Part shown: one piece after another, positions 41,236 to 51,174 of the stretch
Numbering within the stretch: position 1 is the first letter of the stretch
How the letters are laid out: each line of letters starts with the position of its first letter
Source: a virus
Length of the DNA: 64,000 nucleotides
Virus record (IMG/VR): IMGVR_UViG_3300006921_004083
Location: 32,001-96,000 of that record
Reading direction: 5' to 3' (one strand)
Notes under the pieces: generated by a model
The model's input: only the letters and a program-made list of their open reading frames with translations
Databases searched by the model: none
Told to the model about the DNA's origin: nothing
Translations under genes and position numbers: made by a program

Positions 41236-44200
41236 ATGGAAAGAAAAAAAATAGTTGGTACACCTTTTAAGACAGCGGCGGGAATAAATGTTGGTTATGA
41301 TATAAATGTAGACCTTAATCAAAATAATAAAACACTACCAACTGGAGAAGAAATTCGTATAGTTAGTGCTTCAGAACAGTTTGCAAAAGAGAGAAATGAA
41401 TCCACAAAGTATAGACTAACGGCCAACATAAACCCTATAATTTATTACCCACAAGAATATTATTGGTTAGGTAATTTATTAAATGCTAACTTTACTTTTG
41501 TAACAGGGGCTACATCGACATCCCAAACAAATGCTTTAGCCACCGTAAATTACGACTTACCTAATATTTTAACCTTAAATGGGCCAAATCCAAACGTTGA
41601 AAATTTTGAAGTACATAACAAAGATAATTGGGTAGGACAAATAATCTATCCTTTTCAAAATGAATATACTCTTAAGTATAATATCCCTCAATTTAATGCT
41701 AACCTAGCTTTTTCTATAGATATTGAAGATGCACGTTTTTATCTTGATACTGGTATTGATAAGTTATTATATGATAAAATAACTGATTATCTAAATTTGA
41801 TGAATAATGCGATAACTCCTCAGGACTGGTTTATACAATCAAATTTCATAGTACAAGAACCAGTTGAGTATAATGAAACATTAATTATATCTAATCAACA
41901 GTTTACAGGATATGTTCAGGACGGAATACCTTTTTTATTTACAGTTCCCTTAAAAACAGAACGGGGATGGTTTACTGCCATATATATACCATATGAACAT
42001 AATTTTGAAGAAGGTGATTATATTTTTATTAAACCCATTGCATCAACAGGATATCAGGTAGCCAATAATCAATACGATACTTGTGACCCTTCATTATATG
42101 GTTTTAAGCGTGTAATTGGAACACAATGGAATAGTGTGTTAAATAATAAAGGAAAACATTACGTTATTATTGAACATAAGTCTGAGTATCATGATGAATG
42201 GACAAACTCACCAGCACCTAATAGTAATTCTTGGAAGGTAGTATCTTCCCAAGGATTTATTAAAAAAGTAAAAAACTATTCAGATACGGGAGTTTTAGAA
42301 ATATCTAGTGAACCTTTACAAAATACTACTTTTACTATTCAGCCAGAAGGTACGATGGTTACCTTAATTACAGAACATGGGTTAAAAAAAGAAGATGATA
42401 TTTTATTAACACTTTCAGAAGATGCTGCTGACACAATGTTTCCTAATGAACTTAGACCTTTATTATATAATTTAAGTGGAACATACGAAGTTTTAGATAT
42501 AGTTAATGATTTTTCTTTTATTATAAGATCAACAGAATTGGCGGATGGGATTGCCTATTATGACGGACAATATACGTTTGCAACACTCCCACAGGCTACA
42601 TTTATAACAATCTCCAAACTAAATCCATACCCTTCAGAATATTATTTAAGACGAGGAAAAATATTAACAACAATTAATGAATTTGAAGTTAGTAGGTTAC
42701 CAATGAGTAACAGTATATTTAATGACCCTAATTCTAATTTGGTTATTGAACAAGATATTGACCTTAAGGGGTTAAAAGATAATCTTAATAGACCCATAAG
42801 TCAGTTGTATCTCATTATGACTAAAAGAGCAGGTAAGGAAAATTATGATTTTACTGATGTGGAATCTTTTTTCTCATGGATGTTTGAATATAGTCAAATA
42901 CTGGTAAAAACAGGAGATGGGTTAGAAATAGAGTCAAAAAGATGTAAAGAAACAGATGATTATGTAGGATATGTTAAAGACGTTACAGGGGGATGGATGG
43001 AAGCTTATGGAGAATTTTTAGGAGATAGTTATTTTATTGATTTTACTGAGTATAATAAAGCGGATCTTCAAGAAACAAAAATTGAAAAATTAAAACATAG
43101 ATTTAATACTAGTTATCGTGAATGTGGTAATGGAATTTGTGATGAATTTTTATTAGATGTCACAGATGACAATTTTGGTGGATGGTCATACTATAATGGA
43201 AACACATCAAATTTAACATTAGGCACAACAGGACCTGGAAATGGTGCCACCCTAACATCATCAAATTCTTGGGTAGGGCCTTCGGAAAATAATGCAGTTA
43301 GTGGGAATTTTATTGAACAAACTTTTATTGTAACACCCGAGTATCTTGGACAAGAACTGTATATGACTTTTGAATACACTCAAGTAACGTCTACAGGTAT
43401 TGTTAAAATTTTAGACCCAGGTGGGGCACAAGTGACCACGGCATTATTATATCCAGGAGACGCGACTGCAATATACGGATTTGCTCAACAAGGAACTTAC
43501 TCCGCAGTTTTTATACCATCTACCTTAGGAGTGTATACAATATTACTAGGTTTAAGTAATTTTCCAGAGACATACGACTTTAATGGGGTGACTTACACAA
43601 CCACAACTTTTGAAGGAAAGTTTAGTAATTTACAAATTCTAAAATATTATGGAACTCCACAATATGCGGGGTGGGTATATGACCCTTTTGCTGAATATAC
43701 AGTGAGAAAATATTCTCAGTTTATTGAAAGTGCGGATCCAAATGTCTTAGGAATTCCTGATTATGCCACATTTATAGATGGTTTATGGTTTTGGAGAGAT
43801 TTGTTAGATGTGGGGTATTTTGAAGACACTGATTTTACAATTGGTGTCGATTATCCTTTTTTGAATGGGTACCATTACATGGACCAATCTAAAAACTTAG
43901 ATGTGGGGATAACACCAAATAGATTAGGTGGAACAAATGGAAGTGGTAACGGATCAACAATATTTGGGTGTACAGACTTCCAAGCGGCTAATTATAATCC
44001 CTTTGCAACAGTTCCTTGTGGAGACGACCCACTGCAAGGAGGACCTTGTATTCCAGATGCCCTGGGGGTTATGCAAGATTTAACTAATAATCCATTAGGT
44101 TGTTGTTGTTTTTATGAATCTGACCCTATAAGTTCGGTGGATGCCACAAAATTTGCAGTAATGACTGTGGCGGCTAACAAAAGTGCCGTTTTTTATGATT

Positions 44201-46509
44201 ATGGAAATATTAATAGTGGGTATAATAGATGTTATGGGAGGTATCCTTTTTGGAAAACAGGTACTTATTTTGGTTCTCAAGCCCTTGACCACCCTCTTTT
44301 GGCTAGTGAGATATCTTATGATTTTTACGGGGTAAGTGTAGGGGTAGAAAATCCCGCAGCGAGATTTGCTAGGGAAACGGGTACCGCGAGAAATGATATA
44401 TTTACATTCCAAAACTATGGTAGTACTGCCGGAACAATTTTGAACTTTGAAAATAATTTTGGTACCACACTTGGAGATGGCACGGGTAATGATCTTTATG
44501 GTCCTTTAGTGGGACAAGACCAAGCATTGGCCGATCCAGACAATGAAGTTTTCCACCCAACAGGTTCTGAGTTTGGAGGAGACTGGGGAAGTACACCTAG
44601 TGAAACGGCGGGAGAAAATAAACTAGAAGATTGGCCTTCATCAGAAAATATAGTGTGGAATGGCACCTCATATGTTGCAGACAATGTTTATTTTAATCAT
44701 TCAGGTATTTTAGAATTTTATAAGTTTGATACCAGTACTTGTAACACTTGTTTTGACAAAGGTCTTAATAGTGGTACTAATGACTATTTTGCCCCTAGAC
44801 ATAATTGGCCCTTATTAGACCCACTAGCTCTTACGGGTGGTGGTACGGGTACTTTAGATACTTTTACAAATGGTAATGGGGTTGTTATGGACATGCCTAT
44901 TCTTTATAAAGGTATGATGATGGGTAAAAATGCAGGAATGACATGGAACCCAGTTAGAAAATTTGAGAGAGGTAGTAACACTCCTAGTCCTGGACATAGT
45001 ATTAATTTTTCTGATTGGGGTTCGGCGGGACTAATAGAAAGAGACTCTACTTACGGTAGTTTTCAAACCAATATTGTGGCTCACAGAAGACCTGAAGACC
45101 CAGATAATTGGAGATTTTTCTATGGTCAATGTAGTGCCACATGGGGGTGTAGAAGTGGTAGTGGTAATTTTGGTGGTGGACTAGGTGTTGGGTCTAATTA
45201 TCCAGGAGAAGCTCCGGCTGGAACTAGTTTTGGAACCATACCCAACGGAGTGGCAGTCACAGACTATACTGGAGCTGAAAGTCAATTTGTGGATTTTGGA
45301 TTTGCTGAATGTGAAAATTCAGAAATGCAAGGAAGTGCAGGGGAAACTTGTAGGTATTGTTCTTGTTTAGTTCCTCATGGTGGAATTGACGGAGGAGGTG
45401 CTTCCACACTATACGGATATGACCTAGGAGGTAATAACACTTATGGGGGTTTTAATTTTGAATCGAACCAACCGAGTTATTTTGCTCCAGTCATACCAGC
45501 TGGGGAAACTCATAATTATAGATTTAGGGGAAGAGTAAATATAGAAATGGGTATTAATCATAACGCCTTTGAGTTCTACTATAATTCTCTTAATTGGAAT
45601 GGTGGTATGCAATTTGCGATGAGTCCAGAATTTGCTTATACAGGCGGACCCCCACTAACCTACCTTAATCCTTTTTGGTTTCCAAATAGTCAATGCTACG
45701 GACCAACTGAATGGTTACAATATTCACAATGGGTTGCTGGAGAAATGTCAGTATCCGAGGCATATCTAGACTATACTAGACAATACGCTGGATTTTGGAT
45801 TGCGGTAGTATCTGAGACTGCTAAGGTAACCTATATTTATGACCCTGACAACGGTAGTTCAGGGTTGTCTAGCTCACCCAACCCTAAACAATCCCAAGGA
45901 CCAGGAGGATTTAATAATGTAGACTGGAATCAAGGTTGTGGAGGTTGGAAAGTAGACGGAGTAACTCAAGCAACCAATAAAATGTCATATACGCCTTGTA
46001 TGGATGTTGGGGGAGGTCCTGGAACTACTATTGTTGGAAATTGTGGAATTGGAGCACCTAACCCATGTCCTAATTGTTCTAGTAGTTGGAACTATGTTAA
46101 TCTTAATTTTGATTGTGGAGATACGGATTATGCGGCCGGTGGTGGAAGTAATGGCGGATCGGAATATTATCATCCAAGGTATGATAGGTTAGTAGCTACT
46201 GGTAATTACGTACCAAGTTGTGGTGAACAAAACAGTGGCACAGATAAAGGAGATTTCCAAAAAATATTTTCTCAAAGTTTTGTTTCGGAAGACATACCAT
46301 TAAAAACAGGTGACAAGGTTTTTATATATGTAAAATCAATTAATGGGGCTTTCAAAACAAACTTCAAAGGAGGAACAGAGTGGAAAACAAATGTAGGTTC
46401 TAGCACAGGGCCAATTGCTTCAGGATATGCGAATTGGGACACATTAGGTACAAACGAGGCTAATCACTTACCTTCGTATTTGACGGCACAGTTTTTATCA
46501 ATTACTTAA
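41236..46509 (+). CDS. Large virion structural protein (baseplate-associated) with Gly/Cys-rich C-terminal extension
   Basis: 1757 aa in the baseplate operon; one GCTD repeat separates the N-terminal part from a long beta-rich tail. Confidence 0.55.
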   Translation: MERKKIVGTPFKTAAGINVGYDINVDLNQNNKTLPTGEEIRIVSASEQFAKERNESTKYRLTANINPIIYYPQEYYWLGNLLNANFTFVTGATSTSQTNALATVNYDLPNILTLNGPNPNVENFEVHNKDNWVGQIIYPFQNEYTLKYNIPQFNANLAFSIDIEDARFYLDTGIDKLLYDKITDYLNLMNNAITPQDWFIQSNFIVQEPVEYNETLIISNQQFTGYVQDGIPFLFTVPLKTERGWFTAIYIPYEHNFEEGDYIFIKPIASTGYQVANNQYDTCDPSLYGFKRVIGTQWNSVLNNKGKHYVIIEHKSEYHDEWTNSPAPNSNSWKVVSSQGFIKKVKNYSDTGVLEISSEPLQNTTFTIQPEGTMVTLITEHGLKKEDDILLTLSEDAADTMFPNELRPLLYNLSGTYEVLDIVNDFSFIIRSTELADGIAYYDGQYTFATLPQATFITISKLNPYPSEYYLRRGKILTTINEFEVSRLPMSNSIFNDPNSNLVIEQDIDLKGLKDNLNRPISQLYLIMTKRAGKENYDFTDVESFFSWMFEYSQILVKTGDGLEIESKRCKETDDYVGYVKDVTGGWMEAYGEFLGDSYFIDFTEYNKADLQETKIEKLKHRFNTSYRECGNGICDEFLLDVTDDNFGGWSYYNGNTSNLTLGTTGPGNGATLTSSNSWVGPSENNAVSGNFIEQTFIVTPEYLGQELYMTFEYTQVTSTGIVKILDPGGAQVTTALLYPGDATAIYGFAQQGTYSAVFIPSTLGVYTILLGLSNFPETYDFNGVTYTTTTFEGKFSNLQILKYYGTPQYAGWVYDPFAEYTVRKYSQFIESADPNVLGIPDYATFIDGLWFWRDLLDVGYFEDTDFTIGVDYPFLNGYHYMDQSKNLDVGITPNRLGGTNGSGNGSTIFGCTDFQAANYNPFATVPCGDDPLQGGPCIPDALGVMQDLTNNPLGCCCFYESDPISSVDATKFAVMTVAANKSAVFYDYGNINSGYNRCYGRYPFWKTGTYFGSQALDHPLLASEISYDFYGVSVGVENPAARFARETGTARNDIFTFQNYGSTAGTILNFENNFGTTLGDGTGNDLYGPLVGQDQALADPDNEVFHPTGSEFGGDWGSTPSETAGENKLEDWPSSENIVWNGTSYVADNVYFNHSGILEFYKFDTSTCNTCFDKGLNSGTNDYFAPRHNWPLLDPLALTGGGTGTLDTFTNGNGVVMDMPILYKGMMMGKNAGMTWNPVRKFERGSNTPSPGHSINFSDWGSAGLIERDSTYGSFQTNIVAHRRPEDPDNWRFFYGQCSATWGCRSGSGNFGGGLGVGSNYPGEAPAGTSFGTIPNGVAVTDYTGAESQFVDFGFAECENSEMQGSAGETCRYCSCLVPHGGIDGGGASTLYGYDLGGNNTYGGFNFESNQPSYFAPVIPAGETHNYRFRGRVNIEMGINHNAFEFYYNSLNWNGGMQFAMSPEFAYTGGPPLTYLNPFWFPNSQCYGPTEWLQYSQWVAGEMSVSEAYLDYTRQYAGFWIAVVSETAKVTYIYDPDNGSSGLSSSPNPKQSQGPGGFNNVDWNQGCGGWKVDGVTQATNKMSYTPCMDVGGGPGTTIVGNCGIGAPNPCPNCSSSWNYVNLNFDCGDTDYAAGGGSNGGSEYYHPRYDRLVATGNYVPSCGEQNSGTDKGDFQKIFSQSFVSEDIPLKTGDKVFIYVKSINGAFKTNFKGGTEWKTNVGSSTGPIASGYANWDTLGTNEANHLPSYLTAQFLSIT

Positions 46510-46522
46510 TTAATAATTTATT

Positions 46523-47575
46523 ATGGGAAATAAAATAACATACAAATTAAAACTTAACGATAAGACTAATGTAATTAACGTACCGATAGGAAATGAATTT
46601 TTTCCTGTCGATAACACAGAATTGGTTAATGAAAAAGTTGAAAAAATAGTACAAAAATCCATTAATAATATCGATGATTGGGAAAAAACAATGTATAGGG
46701 TTAAATGTGATGGAGAAGTAGAAGGAACCTGTTTTGAATTAAGTTTGGATTTATGGGATAAAATTAATGGATCCACTACAGATGATTGGGTAGGAGGAGG
46801 AATGTTTCTACAAGAGGATGTAGATTTTAAGTCACAAAGATTTAGAGGAAGTTTTTTTAGAATATCGTATTTTACAACCCCTCACAGAGAAACACAAAAA
46901 TTAGTTAGTTATGCGAATATTCCCCTACTTAACCAAACTACAGCATCATTCAAGATATGCAATGAAACACCCGGAGGGTCATTATTTTTTTGGAAATCAG
47001 AAAAAAAATTAAATATAACGCAGAATAGACTTTATATGAAAGTTGAGTTTTTTAATTCTGCAGATGGAGGAGTTGATATTTTTTCTACCCTTTTACCAGA
47101 CTCCACAGGATCTTTCCCAATTGAGTACTATAATGAAAGTATGGATTACATACCCGTATTATTAAACCACAAAACAAGAACATTTCAGTATGAACCTGTG
47201 GCTTATTGGTACGATGACATCACTACCCAAGAATTATATACTATACAATTAATAGGTTTATGTAGTTTAACCCTAATAATTAAGAGTCTTCACTCCATAA
47301 CAGGAGGTGCGGTAAATCTTCCACCATTAAACCAACTTAGAATGGGGAGTACCACAAATAATTATAGTGTACCACCACTTCCACAACAACAGGTTTTAGA
47401 GGAAGTTATTTCCACACCACAACCTACAATACCTAATAACTTAATGTCCTCTTTACCGCGAGGTTGTGTGAGAAGTATAAGGAGAATAAGAAAAATGTTC
47501 CCAACGTTTGGTACAAAAAGTTTAATAACAAGTTATTCCGGAGGTACAATAACACAAGAAACAGCTAATTATTAG
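46523..47575 (+). CDS. Hypothetical structural protein
   Basis: 350 aa; SINNIDDWEK, FRGSFFRISYF, LYMKVEFFNS; operon context. Confidence 0.55.
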   Translation: MGNKITYKLKLNDKTNVINVPIGNEFFPVDNTELVNEKVEKIVQKSINNIDDWEKTMYRVKCDGEVEGTCFELSLDLWDKINGSTTDDWVGGGMFLQEDVDFKSQRFRGSFFRISYFTTPHRETQKLVSYANIPLLNQTTASFKICNETPGGSLFFWKSEKKLNITQNRLYMKVEFFNSADGGVDIFSTLLPDSTGSFPIEYYNESMDYIPVLLNHKTRTFQYEPVAYWYDDITTQELYTIQLIGLCSLTLIIKSLHSITGGAVNLPPLNQLRMGSTTNNYSVPPLPQQQVLEEVISTPQPTIPNNLMSSLPRGCVRSIRRIRKMFPTFGTKSLITSYSGGTITQETANY

Positions 47576-47577
47576 TA

Positions 47578-50500
47578 ATGGAGATAATTAAGAAAAAAAT
47601 ATCACGAGGTAGTCTTTTAGGGGATAGAACTAACGCAAGAAGACCAGTTCTTGACCCAGAACCATTAATTTCAAACGGAATCATGCCATATGCATGTCCT
47701 GATACAAATATGAGTTTTGATGATTGTGTTACTACTATATTAGACCCTTTATATATCCCCGGTATGGGACCTGATTGGATGGAAGAGTTTATCGATGGAC
47801 CAATCATAGAACTATTTGGAGAATTCATATCAAAAATATTTGTTGACGACTTTTCACAAGGAAGTCAAAATTGGGTAGTTAATACTATAGATTTCCCCCT
47901 AGTTTTATATTGGAATACTACGGTTCCATATGTTGAAGACATTGGTAACAATTCTTTACGAATTGAAATTGGAGGTCCTGGACCCATTAACACCAACGGA
48001 TACGTTATATTACACACAGTCAATAATTATAATTTAATTACAGGAGAGAATTATAATATTAGTGTAAAGCTGAGCTCTAATATACTTTCTCATATTAATA
48101 TGGTAACCAATCCAGGAATAAACCAACCAAGTATGTTGTACGTTTGGGCGAGTAATGTGGATACAGGGACTTTCGAATATGGTCAGTTTAATGAAAATGA
48201 AGTGGAATTATTCACTTCACGAGGGGTAGTGAATACTACATTTACCGTTGTGGATGGAGGAAACTACATGTTTGGTATCTCTCAATATATTGATGACACC
48301 TTTGGAACTCCAGCACAAATAGGAGATTTTCTTATTGTAGACGACTTCCAAGTCACAAAAGAAACATCAAGTGTCGATACTAATAGTTTTATAGGGGTAA
48401 AAAGAAAAATTCTTGGATTTTTTAAGAGTTTTAATATTGAATTCACTCCTTATAATTTACATCTATATCGATATAATATAACTAACTACTTACTGAGTCA
48501 AGATGCGGTAGATGTAGATGACATTAACTTAGGAGTATATGGGACCCAAGAAATTGACCCCAATACAGGATTTCAGACGGGACAATATTTAATTTTTTCA
48601 CCACCTGTTGGAGTTATCCCATTTTATTATTTAGGGTGGAATCTCTATGGTGCGATAACTAACATACAAAATGATATTGTAACAAACAATGGATTTCTTT
48701 ACTGCCAAGGACCAGATTTAGGACCTTGGGACGGGACAAATCAAAACTACAATACAGGTGATGTGGTAGAAGCAGGGGATGGGTCACTTTGGTATTGTAA
48801 TCAGACTCCAGACGAAACATGTAATACGTGCGCACCAGAGGACGCTTGTGCGTGGATACCTTGTATTAATGTCGTAGGTAATAGACCACCCGTATTAAAT
48901 ATAAACTTTCCACTCTACCAAGACATTAAAGATATTGGAATATATAGAGACTTACTTCACCCTGGTATTGCTGAGGAATGTAGTGGATCAACTAAAACTT
49001 TAACACAGAGTTACAAGTGTCCAGTTCCTTGGTTTACTAATAGTGATGGAGAGGTGACTTTTTATGACTATGAGACAGATAGTGAAGTTTTTGTAGAACG
49101 AAAGTGTTGCGAAGACTATAGCGAGTATGGTTTTGTTTGGTGGAAAAAGAAATGTTATAGAGATTACGGTAATAAAGACCAAGGACAAGGACTAGAGTTA
49201 TTTAACTTTCCTTATGACGTATTATTTTACGGAATAGGAGATAACTGGGTAGAATTTTATGAAGGTAATGCGATGTCACCAACGGAAAGCTATGTTATGG
49301 CAGGAGCAGGAGGGAGTATGGGGACCATAGAAGGAGTCTCTGGGAAAAGAACACTTATATATACACCAATAATCTCGGGATTGATAGACGGGGAGACCTA
49401 TATCATAAAATCAAAAATGGTGATGAAAAACTATCCTAGTTCTACTTTAGCAAATATAATGTGGGGTGGTACTTCTACATTAGATCCAAACTGGGGTTAT
49501 TTATATTTTGAAAATTTTGAACTAGGGGAAGCTCTTGGGTTTACAAACCCAATATCTTGTATTAATGGAGGTGTAACAACAGTAGATTTTATAAATGGGG
49601 ATTATAGGTTAGTTACTAATAACTGTAATCAAGCCACAATTAACATACCAATTAGTTTGGCACAAGGGATGGATTATCGATTCACAACACGTTATGTTGC
49701 TTGTACTGTTCCAGAAGTTAGTCAAATCTTAACTCTACCTGCCCAACTTAATTTCAAACTATTTGACCCTCTAGGTAATATGGTAATAGATGAAGATATT
49801 GCATCTGGTAATATTTTTGATATGGATGTAGATTATACCGCACTCCTTAACGGGGCGTATATGATGGAGTTTATCGTGTTCAACCCTGCAGGTAGTGGTA
49901 CTTGTGTTGGTGGGGGTAGTCCCTGTGATAATGGAAATGTTCCGGTGAGTACTTATGGGTTTAAGTTAGAGCATTTATCGGTTGAAGAAAAACCTTGGAA
50001 TTGGACTACAGATGAAGATGTAAAAGTAACCCCAGTTAAATATTGGACAAGTAATTCATATGACGCCGCAGATGATGTAGTTGAAGTAGAGTTAGAGAGT
50101 GAAATTACGATGGAAGGGGCAACATCTGTAAGTTTACGTTTAATATGTGACGTAAAGGAAGAAATTATAGTCTCTCCACTAGAGTTTGACTTAGTAAACA
50201 CGGAAATATCATTCAAGTACTACCAAAAACCTAATTTTTTAGGGTGTGACGAAACCCATTTCCTTAGTACAATTAGAAACGAATATGGGGCAATAGAAAA
50301 TACAACAGTACCATATGTTAACACAGTAATAGCTACCGACCCACAACTTCCAGTCATCCAAGGAGTGGAATCAAATGCAGATTGTGATTACACACCAAGT
50401 GTACTAGGTTGGTATTGTGACTTAAATTATGTTTTAGAGATGGGACCACCTACTGGAGATATTACTATACAAGGGTGTTTAAGTACATCAACTCTTATTC

Positions 50501-51171
50501 CAGGAGTTACCCTATACTCAACACCTGAAGCTTGTATGCAAGCTAGTGGTTGTAACCTTATTGTAGGGTGTATGGATCCAGATGCAATTAACTATAATCC
50601 ACAAGCACAAGAACCCTGTTGGTTAAATTATGGTAACGATTGTTGTTTATTACCTTTAGGTGGTTGTACAGATATATCTGCCAATAACTATTGGCCCGCA
50701 GCAACATTCGATGATGGTTCATGTCACTATCATAATGGATGTCCTGATCCAACAGCGTCTAATCCATGTGTACCAACTAACTCTATGACTATTAATAGTA
50801 ATATTATAAGTTGTACGGATTGTATGGGTAACCCACCAGCAACACAATATAATAATCCACTATACCCAAATGCGATAATTCCAGGAACGTTTGGTGACAT
50901 TACTTGTTGTTATTTTGACCCAATAAATAATTTAAGTATAGGTTGTACTGACGTAAATGCGGTGAACTATGATCCTCTAGCACAAGTAGACGATGGTAGT
51001 TGCAGTTATGTGACATTTTATGATGTGTATTGTTGTTTCCCAATCACACCAGGTTCAACATGTCAACAGTTTAGTACTACTAGTGTGAATGATTATAATC
51101 TTTTCTTGGCGGATCCTAGATGTGAGACCAACTTTGGGGATTGTACGAATAATAACTCAAATTGTGTGTAG
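47578..51171 (+). CDS. Large Cys-rich structural/adhesin-like protein (CBM5/12-like motif, GCTD repeats)
   Basis: WDGTNQNYNTGDVV...GSLWYC; four GC[TMP]D-x-x-A-x-N repeats near the C-terminus; ends at TAG in frame with the next ORF. Confidence 0.6.
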   Translation: MEIIKKKISRGSLLGDRTNARRPVLDPEPLISNGIMPYACPDTNMSFDDCVTTILDPLYIPGMGPDWMEEFIDGPIIELFGEFISKIFVDDFSQGSQNWVVNTIDFPLVLYWNTTVPYVEDIGNNSLRIEIGGPGPINTNGYVILHTVNNYNLITGENYNISVKLSSNILSHINMVTNPGINQPSMLYVWASNVDTGTFEYGQFNENEVELFTSRGVVNTTFTVVDGGNYMFGISQYIDDTFGTPAQIGDFLIVDDFQVTKETSSVDTNSFIGVKRKILGFFKSFNIEFTPYNLHLYRYNITNYLLSQDAVDVDDINLGVYGTQEIDPNTGFQTGQYLIFSPPVGVIPFYYLGWNLYGAITNIQNDIVTNNGFLYCQGPDLGPWDGTNQNYNTGDVVEAGDGSLWYCNQTPDETCNTCAPEDACAWIPCINVVGNRPPVLNINFPLYQDIKDIGIYRDLLHPGIAEECSGSTKTLTQSYKCPVPWFTNSDGEVTFYDYETDSEVFVERKCCEDYSEYGFVWWKKKCYRDYGNKDQGQGLELFNFPYDVLFYGIGDNWVEFYEGNAMSPTESYVMAGAGGSMGTIEGVSGKRTLIYTPIISGLIDGETYIIKSKMVMKNYPSSTLANIMWGGTSTLDPNWGYLYFENFELGEALGFTNPISCINGGVTTVDFINGDYRLVTNNCNQATINIPISLAQGMDYRFTTRYVACTVPEVSQILTLPAQLNFKLFDPLGNMVIDEDIASGNIFDMDVDYTALLNGAYMMEFIVFNPAGSGTCVGGGSPCDNGNVPVSTYGFKLEHLSVEEKPWNWTTDEDVKVTPVKYWTSNSYDAADDVVEVELESEITMEGATSVSLRLICDVKEEIIVSPLEFDLVNTEISFKYYQKPNFLGCDETHFLSTIRNEYGAIENTTVPYVNTVIATDPQLPVIQGVESNADCDYTPSVLGWYCDLNYVLEMGPPTGDITIQGCLSTSTLIPGVTLYSTPEACMQASGCNLIVGCMDPDAINYNPQAQEPCWLNYGNDCCLLPLGGCTDISANNYWPAATFDDGSCHYHNGCPDPTASNPCVPTNSMTINSNIISCTDCMGNPPATQYNNPLYPNAIIPGTFGDITCCYFDPINNLSIGCTDVNAVNYDPLAQVDDGSCSYVTFYDVYCCFPITPGSTCQQFSTTSVNDYNLFLADPRCETNFGDCTNNNSNCV

Positions 51172-51174
51172 AAT

